This document shows positions 1 through 9,036 of a DNA stretch of 64,000 bases, one piece after another. The notes beneath the pieces are model-generated. The model was not told where the DNA came from. It saw nothing but the letters and a program-made list of their open reading frames with translations, and searched no databases. A program made the translations under genes and the position numbers. The stretch lies in IMG/VR virus record IMGVR_UViG_3300022902_000006. One strand, 5' to 3'. This DNA is from a virus. Positions within the stretch are counted from its first letter, which is position 1. Each line of letters begins with the position of its first letter.

Positions 1-1
1 C

Positions 2-1114
2 AACAACAGCGTTCACATCGCGGGGTATCTCTGTGTAGCCAAGGACGTCAGGGTCTACGGTGACCCGAGAACAGCACCCGCGAGCGCGGATCCCTTGTTC
101 TACTCCACGGGGATCAACAATTCCTTGGAGAACATTCAGGTCGTGTGCATCTACGGTGCCAGTGGGTCCGCTGTAAACGGCGCCGCACACATAACGGGCA
201 ACGACACCCACATCGACGGTCTGTACGTCTCAATGTTGGGTGTAGAGGCCAACCCTCTCGCTAACGGAGTGAGCGGGTCCCCCATACACATTGCAGGGGA
301 TGGTATTGTGTGTCGCGGTCTGCGGCTGAGTGGCCTCTACCTAGATGAAGACGGAGGTATGAACGTCGACTACCCCATCGTGTCTTTGTCGGGCACCACG
401 GAAGGCAACTGCGTCACGTTGATAGACGCCAGGATCCACAGCTTCGGACACAAGGCTGCACCGACCGGAGACATGGAAGTAGCTGTCGTTGGTGCCCCAG
501 TGACAAGTGGGGCTGTTGTGGGCAGCGGTTACTTTGTGTGTGACCGCGTCATCGTGGACACCACAGGAAAAACCTACGACAACAGCAACTCAATGGACTT
601 CATCTTCAGTAGACCCCAACCAGGGTCCACGCTTCGAGACTGCAATGTCATTGGTACGGGGCGAGCAGCCAGCGCCTACTGGCTCGCGGGTGAAGATGAC
701 GTGTCCTACGTCCGCTGCAAGACGGATGTGTCCAACACAGCGTGGGGGACCCTTATGAGTGCAGAGGCGATGAGCGCCACACGTAAGGGTGTCAATTTCA
801 CGATGGACCAGTGCCATTTCCGCTACGCAAATCTTAACTTCGGTGGCAGTCTCAATTTTGTCATCATGGTTGAGGGGCACGGGGCCTCGGCAGATTTGCA
901 ACTCGGAGCCCGCGTAACCAATAACAACTTTGAGTACACTGGAACCACGCCCAATCACCCCTCCGCGAATTTCGATTACAACCTGATCATGTACTCAGGG
1001 AATGCGTTCTATGCATCCAACATCGGTGGAGGTGGGTCCCACAGTGCTGTGGTGCCTAACAACTCGACCGTATATCCTGTGGCCGACAACGGTATCTTTA
1101 ACTTCATCGGCTAA
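2..1114 (+). CDS. Tail spike/fibre-like beta-helix protein, C-terminal part (5'-truncated by the window edge)
   Basis: Frame is open from position 2. Rich in N/G/V/T/D with short beta-strand repeats typical of pectin-lyase-like parallel beta-helices. Confidence 0.5.
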   Translation, partial: NNSVHIAGYLCVAKDVRVYGDPRTAPASADPLFYSTGINNSLENIQVVCIYGASGSAVNGAAHITGNDTHIDGLYVSMLGVEANPLANGVSGSPIHIAGDGIVCRGLRLSGLYLDEDGGMNVDYPIVSLSGTTEGNCVTLIDARIHSFGHKAAPTGDMEVAVVGAPVTSGAVVGSGYFVCDRVIVDTTGKTYDNSNSMDFIFSRPQPGSTLRDCNVIGTGRAASAYWLAGEDDVSYVRCKTDVSNTAWGTLMSAEAMSATRKGVNFTMDQCHFRYANLNFGGSLNFVIMVEGHGASADLQLGARVTNNNFEYTGTTPNHPSANFDYNLIMYSGNAFYASNIGGGGSHSAVVPNNSTVYPVADNGIFNFIG

Positions 1115-1125
1115 CGGAGGGCACC

Positions 1126-1563
1126 GTGCCCGACGAGAAGAAATCCAAACCCACCGACGCCAAGATTGACGAACTCATCTCGTCGCTCACGGCACGCAAC
1201 GCCACCACACAGGAGCAGAAGAAGAGCGGCACTCCCTGGGGGTGGATCGCTGCGGTCATTAGTGCCCTCATCGCTCTCGTGGGCATTGGGGTAGCACTGT
1301 GGATGCACAACAAGCGGTCCAAGGAGTTGGCTATCGCCAAAACAGAGCTGGAGCAACAAAGGGTAGACGCAGCCAGCCAAAAGCACCACGCGGAACAGAT
1401 CAAGAATCGGGAAATACGCCAGGCGCACCTCGCGAAAGTTGTGCTGCACAATAAGAAAATCGAGAGACAAGAAGGTGCCTTGGCAGAGTTGGTAGCAGCC
1501 CACGAAGCCCGGCGAGCGGCGCTCGATGGGTTGTCCTCATGGGGAGACATCAATGTGCAGTAG
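1126..1563 (+). CDS. Membrane-anchored coiled-coil protein (inner spanin-like)
   Basis: SD GGAGG before a GTG start. One TM segment (WGWIAAVISALIALVGIGVALWM) followed by a charged coiled coil. Confidence 0.45.
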   Translation: MPDEKKSKPTDAKIDELISSLTARNATTQEQKKSGTPWGWIAAVISALIALVGIGVALWMHNKRSKELAIAKTELEQQRVDAASQKHHAEQIKNREIRQAHLAKVVLHNKKIERQEGALAELVAAHEARRAALDGLSSWGDINVQ

Positions 1564-1667
1564 CGCGTACACGGCGGGACATCAAGCAGCGATGGTAAAG
1601 TTGGGTGCACTGCAATGGCACCGCAGCATGAAGGGAGTAGTGGGACAACTTCGCAAGGAAAAACCAC

Positions 1668-2195
1668 ATGACAAAACAACACCTCCGCAAGACAGCGCTT
1701 CTGCTACTCCTCCCCCTACTTCTTCAAAGCCTCCCGGCGAGCGCGGACCCGGACGCAACCTCTACACCCCCGCAAGTAGGTGACGTCGCCCAGAACCTGA
1801 AGATCATTCCGCCGTGGACCATGCGGCTGTGCCAAGTGGAGTCCAAGCTCACCTTCCACGCCACGTACCTGCAGCAGGGGGCGCTGCAGCTCAAGCAGCT
1901 CGACAACGACTGCGCTCTGTGGAAGGAGGGCTTCAGCAACCTTCAAGTGCAGGTGACAGAGTTCAAGGAAGTCACCGCGCTCTTCAAGAAAACGCTCAAG
2001 AGCTTCGAGGAGGCGGAGGCGCGCAGCGAACGGCGCATCGTTGACCTGGAGTCACAGCTAAAAAAAGAAATCGCAGAGAAGAACAAGCACAAGTACAAGA
2101 CCAGCTACGGTTGGGTAGGGTACGTCGTCGGAGGGGGCCTAGCGCTCGCCGCGATCGGCGTGCTAGTTGGCGTCTTCGCCACCCCCTCCGACTGA
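1668..2195 (+). CDS. Signal-peptide protein with coiled coil and C-terminal TM helix (possibly spanin/lysis-related)
   Basis: N-terminal signal peptide ending PASA-D, heptad-like coiled coil, C-terminal TM YGWVGYVVGGGLALAAIGVLVGVF. Confidence 0.45.
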   Translation: MTKQHLRKTALLLLLPLLLQSLPASADPDATSTPPQVGDVAQNLKIIPPWTMRLCQVESKLTFHATYLQQGALQLKQLDNDCALWKEGFSNLQVQVTEFKEVTALFKKTLKSFEEAEARSERRIVDLESQLKKEIAEKNKHKYKTSYGWVGYVVGGGLALAAIGVLVGVFATPSD

Positions 2196-2208
2196 TTTAC
2201 CCCGTAAA
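2196..2208. repeat. TTTAC-N3-GTAAA palindrome
   Basis: TTTACCCCGTAAA, intergenic. Confidence 0.8.
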
Positions 2209-2211
2209 GCA

Positions 2212-2502
2212 CTAGACGGGCCGAGCGACTGGGGCACCTCCGCCACCTACCACTTGGCACCGAAACTCAACGTACCGCACCTTCCGCTCACCCAAGAAGA
2301 ACTCAACAACAAGGCCCCCCGCATACTCACCGGGAGTGAGGGGGTTCTCCTTGAATGCGTAGAGGTCCCGCACCACTACCTTGTCATAACGACTGTGGCC
2401 CGGGACCGGGTACTCACCAAGCCCGAGCTTGGTGTAGTAGTGCGCAGTGCGCATGAGCACCGGGGTGAGTCCGATGCCGCGCAGCGTGGTGTCCTTACCC
2501 AC
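2212..2502 (-). CDS. Hypothetical protein (probable GTG start at 2502)
   Basis: Start overlaps the stop of the upstream gene at 2495; globular composition. Confidence 0.5.
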   Translation of the reverse strand: MGKDTTLRGIGLTPVLMRTAHYYTKLGLGEYPVPGHSRYDKVVVRDLYAFKENPLTPGEYAGGLVVEFFLGERKVRYVEFRCQVVGGGGAPVARPV

Positions 2503-3313
2503 CGACGTCGACCCGCTTGAGGAGCTGAATGACCTTGGTCTGCCGCTCGTTGGGCTTGAAGGTTCCGTCCACGATGCTATCTGCGATGGCACGGAGCTGC
2601 TTGTACACGCGGTCCCGGCGCGGTTCCATCATGTAGTATTGCATGGACGTGAAGTTGGCCACACGACTGTTGATGTACGACTCGTGGATCGTCCTATACC
2701 GGAGGTAGTAGGTGTACAGGTTGATGGCGTACGCCTCCATCTCCCAGTGAGTACGCCAGGGGTCAGGGAGCTGCGGAATGAAGCACACCGCACCGAGGAC
2801 AACCCAGAGGGGAATCCAGATAGCGAGGTGCCACCCAGAGGCCCAAAGCACCGGGAGCCAGCACGTAAGGATGAGGAGCCCGCCCAGGGAAAGCGGGAAG
2901 AGGTACAGGAAGGAAAACAGTACCGGGGTCCACTTCTTGGCCTGCAGCACATGCATGATTTCGTGGAGGAGAATCCACCAGGCGTCCAGGCCCAGCGCCT
3001 TGCCGCTCTTGTACAACCCATGCTTCAACAGGAACGCAGTGTCTGAAGTATGAGCGATGCCTGCTTTGGCGTCACCATCAGGCCCAGCGATGGACTTCCA
3101 GATCGTGGTCCAGAAGCGCTTGACGTAGGAGTCGTCTTGGGCCACGGGGTACACGAGGTTCAGTAACCAGTTGATGGCCGCGTGATACCAGAAGTCGCTC
3201 TTGACTCCGATGCGGAAACCAGCAGGGACCAACTGTGTGGTCACCGCCAGCAGCACGAGACGCTGGAACTTTGTAACGTTGGACATCTTGACAACCTCAT
3301 TGGTCGTGGACAT
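2495..3313 (-). CDS. Membrane-associated zincin metallopeptidase-like protein
   Basis: HExxH motif (LLHEIMHVLQ), hydrophobic hairpin, downstream WEMEAY third-ligand motif. Confidence 0.6.
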   Translation of the reverse strand: MSTTNEVVKMSNVTKFQRLVLLAVTTQLVPAGFRIGVKSDFWYHAAINWLLNLVYPVAQDDSYVKRFWTTIWKSIAGPDGDAKAGIAHTSDTAFLLKHGLYKSGKALGLDAWWILLHEIMHVLQAKKWTPVLFSFLYLFPLSLGGLLILTCWLPVLWASGWHLAIWIPLWVVLGAVCFIPQLPDPWRTHWEMEAYAINLYTYYLRYRTIHESYINSRVANFTSMQYYMMEPRRDRVYKQLRAIADSIVDGTFKPNERQTKVIQLLKRVDVGG

Positions 3314-3516
3314 CAGGCCACCTCCAAGGTGAACGTCTGGTAGTGCGTGACATTGGCGCCGTCGCGCACCACTGTGATGGACATCTTCGCGGACGCTTTC
3401 ACACAGGCGTCGCAGGTGACGGACACGATGGTGTCCTGGTACTTCAGGACGAGACAGTCCCGTGTGTTGGTGGTGATCTCCTCACCACACCCGCTGCACT
3501 TACCGTCGTACTCCAT
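3313..3516 (-). CDS. Small zinc-finger protein
   Basis: ATG at 3516 directly after the RNR stop; CSGC and CDAC pairs. Confidence 0.6.
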   Translation of the reverse strand: MEYDGKCSGCGEEITTNTRDCLVLKYQDTIVSVTCDACVKASAKMSITVVRDGANVTHYQTFTLEVA

Positions 3517-3517
3517 A

Positions 3518-6166
3518 TCAGCCTCCACATCCGCTGGACCCACCACAGTTGGTGCATGTGTGGCAATTGCCACGTCGCACTTGCACGTTACCACACTCAG
3601 GACAGGGTGGACCGTCCATGAAATCAGGGGTTGACAGCGCCGGACGCACCACTTTCGTTGTGGGTGGGGGCGCAGCCTTCTCCTCCCCGTTGGGGGTGGG
3701 GGCGCGACGCTCACCCAGGAAGATGGCGCTCAACTTCCGAGCCACCGCGTCAGGGATGCTGTGCACGAACCCCAGGTCAGGATCAGAAGAGAACCCAGAG
3801 GGCTCGAACTTCATGTACGCAAACTTCTTCACCACCGCATCCAGAGGGATCCCTGACTGCAGAGCGTAGGACATCATCTGGGACCAGGATTCAGTGAGCC
3901 CCTTTACGGTAGACCCCTCCTTGGCGATAGTGATGAACACTTCCCCGGGCATCTGCGTGTCGTAGTACGGGGTGACGATGACGTACATCTTGTAATTCCC
4001 GAACTCAATGCGGATGCGGTGTGCGTTGTCGTGGTGGTCGAGCAGCTTCTTCCGTGCGTAGCCGTCGGAGCTGTCTACCGGATGCTCGTGTGTGCTCTCA
4101 TCCGTGACCAGGGGCTGGCTGGACCTGCTGCCGTCTCGATACACGATGACGCTCTTGAGTCCCTTCTTCCAGGCGAGGAGATGCGCGTGACTGATGTCCT
4201 CCAGGGATGCGTGTTGCGGCAGGTTGATGGTCTTGCTGATGCCCCCGGACAAGAACGGCTGTGCGACCGCCATCATACTAATATGTGCGTCCACAGACAG
4301 GTGCCGAGTACCCTTGCCCTGCGTTGCACAGTCGAACACCCCCAGGTGTGCTGGGGGAAGCCCCGCGTCCTCGAAGTGACCCACATCCTCGAACCGCTTC
4401 AAGATGGGGGCGACGGCGTCCTCGGAGTACCCCATGGCCGCAAGTGCATTGCTGACCAGCGGGTTGGTCGTCTGGACTGTGCCCCCACCCACCAAATGCT
4501 TCACCTTGTTGAGCCCTATCTCGGGCTCGATGCCTGTGGTGACACAATCCATCATGAAGCTGATGGTCCCCGTGGGCGCCAGAAGCGTCACCTGGGAGTT
4601 GCGCACCCCGTATTCCTCCACCAGGGCCAGGGTCTCCTTCCAGAGCACCTCAGACGCCTGGAACTGCGTGGCGGCGTCGTAGTGCTGCTTGAGCACACGC
4701 ATCACGTCGTCGCGATTAGTCTTGTAGCCCGCGAAGGGGGTCTTGGCTGCTGCCAGGTACGCGGAGGTGTTGTACGCGGTCGCCGTCATGTGGGATGTAA
4801 TGGCTGCAGTGAGGGCGCGCGCCTCATCTGAATCGTACCCGAGGCCCATGGACATAATCAGCGCACCGAGGTTGGTGTAACCGAGGCCCAAGGGGCGGTA
4901 GTCCAACGCCACATCCCTGATGGACTCCGTGGGGTACGCCGCCTCATCAATCAGCAAGTCTTGGGCAATGATGAGAACTTCTGCCGCGCGTGCAAACTGG
5001 GTGAAATCAAACTCCCCTTCCTCCAAGAACTTGAGGAGGTTGATGCTCGCGAGGTTACATGCACCATGGTCCAGGAAGTGAAATTCCCCACACGGGTTGG
5101 TTGCGTTGATGCGGCCTGTTGATGCACAGGTATTCCAGAAGTTTACGGTGTCGTCGAACTGCAACCCCGGGTCACCACACTGGTGTACGGAGTCGCAGAT
5201 CTCCGCCCACACCTCTTGCGTGCTCAGGGGCACCTCATGTTCTGGAGCGTTGTTGTACTTCGGTTCGTATTTCACATCTTCGTCCACACGGACCAGCTTT
5301 TCTACCCCTTGCATGAACTGGTCCCCCACGCGGACGGCGTGGTTCGCATTCTGGAATGCCACCGAGTAGTATGCACCGTGGGGATCGTCGAAGTGAGGGC
5401 TGTACCCTGCGGCGATGAGTGCCTGTGCCTTCCCTTCTTCCAGTCGCTTGCACCTCACGAACTCCAGGATATCGGGGTGGTCAGCGTCGAGGATGCGCAT
5501 CGTAGCTGCCCGGCGAGTCTTGCCCCCGGACTTGATGACCCCGGCCCAGGCGTCGAGACCCCGCATGAAGCTGACGGGACCTGACGCGATGCCGCCCCCA
5601 CTGAGCCCCTCTTGGCTGGACCGCACGCTGGAGAGGTTCACCCCCGCGCCGGACCCACGCTTGTACACTCGGGTCTCTTCGACCTGGAGCTGTGCCAAGG
5701 ATTCCATGCTGTCGTCCACGGCCAGGATGAAGCACGCAGACGCTTGGTGCTCAGTGCCCTCCACACCCAGGTTGAACCACACGGGACTGTTGAAGGACGC
5801 GTGCTGGTGCAGGAGCAGCCACGCCAGATCCGCGAAGTACGCAGTGCGTGACGCCTTGTTCTTGAAGTACGGGCTGAGAGATTCCCAGTGCTGGATGCAC
5901 CCCACAACACGCTTAATGAGCTGGCGCACGCTGGTTTCCCGGGCGGGTGTGTTGAGGGTGCCCCGGAAGTATTTCTGTGCCACGATGCGAATGGCCAGGT
6001 TGGACCATTCCGAAGGGGCCTCTACGCCACGCTGTTCAAACACCATTTCACCGCTGGGGTCCGTGATGACAGCGTCTTCGGTCTTCCATGAAACCGTAGC
6101 GTAAGGGTCCTGCTTGGGGGGACAGAATTGTGGGGTGTACTGAAGGAGGTTGTTTGCTGGAGGCAT
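3518..6166 (-). CDS. nrdJ: Adenosylcobalamin-dependent (class II) ribonucleotide reductase
   Basis: FNSPVWFN, QASACFI, TNPCGE, APTGTIS and SKTIN motifs; C-terminal TSCPD-like domain and CPECG...CTNCG zinc ribbon. Confidence 0.95.
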   Translation of the reverse strand: MPPANNLLQYTPQFCPPKQDPYATVSWKTEDAVITDPSGEMVFEQRGVEAPSEWSNLAIRIVAQKYFRGTLNTPARETSVRQLIKRVVGCIQHWESLSPYFKNKASRTAYFADLAWLLLHQHASFNSPVWFNLGVEGTEHQASACFILAVDDSMESLAQLQVEETRVYKRGSGAGVNLSSVRSSQEGLSGGGIASGPVSFMRGLDAWAGVIKSGGKTRRAATMRILDADHPDILEFVRCKRLEEGKAQALIAAGYSPHFDDPHGAYYSVAFQNANHAVRVGDQFMQGVEKLVRVDEDVKYEPKYNNAPEHEVPLSTQEVWAEICDSVHQCGDPGLQFDDTVNFWNTCASTGRINATNPCGEFHFLDHGACNLASINLLKFLEEGEFDFTQFARAAEVLIIAQDLLIDEAAYPTESIRDVALDYRPLGLGYTNLGALIMSMGLGYDSDEARALTAAITSHMTATAYNTSAYLAAAKTPFAGYKTNRDDVMRVLKQHYDAATQFQASEVLWKETLALVEEYGVRNSQVTLLAPTGTISFMMDCVTTGIEPEIGLNKVKHLVGGGTVQTTNPLVSNALAAMGYSEDAVAPILKRFEDVGHFEDAGLPPAHLGVFDCATQGKGTRHLSVDAHISMMAVAQPFLSGGISKTINLPQHASLEDISHAHLLAWKKGLKSVIVYRDGSRSSQPLVTDESTHEHPVDSSDGYARKKLLDHHDNAHRIRIEFGNYKMYVIVTPYYDTQMPGEVFITIAKEGSTVKGLTESWSQMMSYALQSGIPLDAVVKKFAYMKFEPSGFSSDPDLGFVHSIPDAVARKLSAIFLGERRAPTPNGEEKAAPPPTTKVVRPALSTPDFMDGPPCPECGNVQVRRGNCHTCTNCGGSSGCGG

Positions 6167-6179
6167 ACCTATACGGCTC

Positions 6180-6740
6180 CTATATCGTCTTGGGAAAGAG
6201 GCGTTTGGTTCTCTTTTTTTTAACTGGATGAGTGATTGCTCGTACTGCTTCTATTTGATGCCGCACAGTGCTTGTGCATTCGTGTGCTTCGCGTACAAAT
6301 TGTGCCAACCCATGAGCGTCGCAGGCGTCGTCGTCTTCACCACAATCCAGCCCCCACCACTTCAACGTGGCACGGAGCATCCGAGCCTTGGATGCGCTGC
6401 CGTTACCAGAGACGAACTTCTTCAGGGAGTTGGGCGGAACGCGTAATAATTCGGTGCCCCCGAAATCCGCGAGCACGAGCATGATGATCCCTGCAGCCTG
6501 CCCAAGTTGGTCCAGGTCTCCCGACGCATCCAGAGCCTGGCCCTCAACAGCGACGTGGCGCATGTGGCCTTTGTATGGCAAGAGCGCGGTGTGCACCTGG
6601 TCACGCAAATTCTGCAGACGCTTGGGTCCACGCATCCTGGGAGGGGTACCAAAAGAATGTAAGAGTTCCACTGTTGTGTCGTTGAGGACACAAATCCCTA
6701 TCCGCCGGATGGCGGGGTCAACTCCCACGTAGATAGCCAT
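6180..6740 (-). CDS. ruvC: RuvC-like Holliday junction resolvase (probable start 6740)
   Basis: YVGVDPA, VAVEG, PNSLKKFVSGNGSASK and DDDACDA RNase H-fold motifs. Confidence 0.88.
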   Translation of the reverse strand: MAIYVGVDPAIRRIGICVLNDTTVELLHSFGTPPRMRGPKRLQNLRDQVHTALLPYKGHMRHVAVEGQALDASGDLDQLGQAAGIIMLVLADFGGTELLRVPPNSLKKFVSGNGSASKARMLRATLKWWGLDCGEDDDACDAHGLAQFVREAHECTSTVRHQIEAVRAITHPVKKKRTKRLFPKTI

Positions 6741-6810
6741 TGTATCCAAGTCCCTAAATGCATTAGTATTTGTACACAGACTGGTCCCAAACGCAAGAGG
6801 AGCCCCCCTC

Positions 6811-7455
6811 GTGGCAACCACGGTTACCCTTCGACAAGAGAAGATCCTAATAGGTGCGGCAGGTGCAGAGAGCTACAACGTTGTTTCTGAGATCATTGCC
6901 GCAGCGCCCACGAGCATGTTCCCCTTGTTCGTTGTTTCCGAGGGGGTGGACGCGCAGGATGAGCAGTTCCAACGCGTGGCTAAGTTGGAAGATTTCGACA
7001 GCTACGTAGAGAACCCACTCACCAAACTCGTAGCACCCACGTCGGGTGGTTTCACGGGTGTGGTAGCGGGGGATACTCTCACAATTCCTTTCGCCGCGTC
7101 TTCAGTTCCAGAGTGGTTCACCACCAACTTCACCGCCGCGTCCTTTGCAATCGAGAGTGTAGATGCGAGCGGAGACTTCCTACTCATCGAACCCGTCACC
7201 CCCTTCCCTACCGCCGCCGCTGGTCTCCAGTGGAATATAACCGGAGCAGCGCCTGCGTCCGGGTCCAATGCCAAGACCGCACGCTCGCTCGCAGCGACCA
7301 CCTTCCTACGCCGCCACTGGACGTCAGAGCTGAATAACATCCAGAAGGCGGAGTCCCGGTTCGAAGCTATCCGCGCGCATGTGGAGGCGATCATCAAGGA
7401 CGCTAACACCTACGGCGTCACTTTCAAGGGCGTGTCCACGGAGATTTACGCATGA
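6811..7455 (+). CDS. Hypothetical (probable virion) protein, paralog 1 of a local family
   Basis: SD GAGGAG; shares its motif pattern with the next two genes. Confidence 0.55.
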   Translation: MATTVTLRQEKILIGAAGAESYNVVSEIIAAAPTSMFPLFVVSEGVDAQDEQFQRVAKLEDFDSYVENPLTKLVAPTSGGFTGVVAGDTLTIPFAASSVPEWFTTNFTAASFAIESVDASGDFLLIEPVTPFPTAAAGLQWNITGAAPASGSNAKTARSLAATTFLRRHWTSELNNIQKAESRFEAIRAHVEAIIKDANTYGVTFKGVSTEIYA

Positions 7456-7856
7456 CCGTCACCATCAACCTGGACCTGGAACAATCGCTCGTAGCACCAA
7501 CAACCCCTTCAGGGGCACCCACGTACAAAGTCAAAGCGACCGTGGCATCCGCGAGTGGGGTGTCCTACAAATTGTTCGTCTACAAAACGGTTGACCAATC
7601 CTTCAGCCACCCAGCATCAGTGCTTGACGTCGAGACGTACCCAGATGAACTGACTACTGCACAAACTGGAAACGCCCTCTTCTACCGCACCAACACCATG
7701 GAGAAAACCTTCGCTACGCAGACGGAAGCTGTAGCTTTTCGCAACCTCATTCAGACGCGTTTGCTGTACCTGGCGCGTGACTACCCCGAGGCCCACAAGA
7801 CGTTCAGCGGGACCACCTCTTTCGTGATCACCGCAACAGCGGTGACGGAGCAATAA
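7452..7856 (+). CDS. Hypothetical (probable virion) protein, paralog 2
   Basis: ATGA overlap with the upstream gene; shared Y-K-V / LFV / D-x-F / FYR pattern. Confidence 0.55.
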   Translation: MTVTINLDLEQSLVAPTTPSGAPTYKVKATVASASGVSYKLFVYKTVDQSFSHPASVLDVETYPDELTTAQTGNALFYRTNTMEKTFATQTEAVAFRNLIQTRLLYLARDYPEAHKTFSGTTSFVITATAVTEQ

Positions 7857-7857
7857 C

Positions 7858-9036
7858 GTGGCGTACGTAAAGACAGTGATGGATTGTACGTCGGAGACCA
7901 TCATGGTTTCTGGCGCAGAGAAGGTGCGCTTCAAGGTCGTTGCGCTCGTAACGGACAAAGGGGACTTTCCTGACAAATATCTGTACGTCATCAAGATCGT
8001 AGACCCCACCGACGCCAAGGACGACACCTTCACACGCGTGGTAACTGTGCCCGATTTCAGTGAGATCGGGATAGACCGCACCACAGCGGTAGCCGCCAGC
8101 GCGTCTTACTACCGTGTGCTCACCCACACTTTCTACTACGACAACGTTCACACTGCAGCCGCTGCGAAGGATGTCCTCAAGGCGCGCATCGACGAGCTGG
8201 CCGAGAACTGGGTGGTGTACGACACTGCGTTTTCCGCATCATCAGAGGTCACAGACCACCCACGCCCCCAGCCCAGCGCATTCACGGCAGCAGTCAAGGA
8301 CCACACCACACAAACAACTGCCACCGCCGCCGTGCTGAAGCTACAAACAGCAGCCAAGACAACGTACGAAGCTGCCAAGACCGCAGCTACGGCTGCTACC
8401 ACTGCAGCCACAAATGCTAAAAAAGCGCTTGACGATGCTGAGGACTCCAAGGAGTGGTTCGACGACCTCCTCTCTGCGTTGTCGAACATACGCACCACAG
8501 CAACCCTGTACAGCGCCACAGGATCCGGGGGTGGGCTGTTCTCCACAAAGTCCAAAACCTTCAAGGCCGCAGCCGGGTCTTTCTACACCCAGGGAGGCAC
8601 CTTCCAGTCTGCTGCACAAGTCCTCCTCGGACAATGTGCCAGCGCCACCCCTACCACTGCGCAGAAGAGTGTCTACAGTGCGGCCAGTAGCCAGTTCGAC
8701 AACGACGAGTCTGCCTTCAGCAGTGCGAAAGCGATCTGGGACAGCGCCTTAACGCAGTTCGACGGTGACCTCACCACGTTCCGCCAGGATGTAGCAGCAG
8801 CAACCCTCGCGGAAAGCACTGGGCAGTCCAACCAGGTGCTGTTCGCCGCGATCGTCACCACATTGGGTGGTGCGTACACCACCGCCCAGGCAGCACAAGT
8901 AACGGCTGACCAAGCGGTGGCAACGACACGCACAGCGTACGAAGATGCGAAAGCAGCGTACACAGCATCACAATCCCTGCTCGACGAAAAGCTCACGGCG
9001 GTTCGTGCCCTCAAACCAACGTGGACACCTACTTGA
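7858..9036 (+). CDS. Paralog 3 with a long Ala/Thr-rich coiled-coil extension
   Basis: N-terminal ~135 aa resemble the two upstream genes, followed by ~250 aa of A/T/K-rich helical sequence. Confidence 0.55.
   Translation: MAYVKTVMDCTSETIMVSGAEKVRFKVVALVTDKGDFPDKYLYVIKIVDPTDAKDDTFTRVVTVPDFSEIGIDRTTAVAASASYYRVLTHTFYYDNVHTAAAAKDVLKARIDELAENWVVYDTAFSASSEVTDHPRPQPSAFTAAVKDHTTQTTATAAVLKLQTAAKTTYEAAKTAATAATTAATNAKKALDDAEDSKEWFDDLLSALSNIRTTATLYSATGSGGGLFSTKSKTFKAAAGSFYTQGGTFQSAAQVLLGQCASATPTTAQKSVYSAASSQFDNDESAFSSAKAIWDSALTQFDGDLTTFRQDVAAATLAESTGQSNQVLFAAIVTTLGGAYTTAQAAQVTADQAVATTRTAYEDAKAAYTASQSLLDEKLTAVRALKPTWTPT

Noticed and set aside
1592-1783. Small ORF MVKLGALQW... overlapping gene 1668
   Set aside because: It overlaps the better-supported signal-peptide gene by more than 100 nt and has low-complexity content in that frame.
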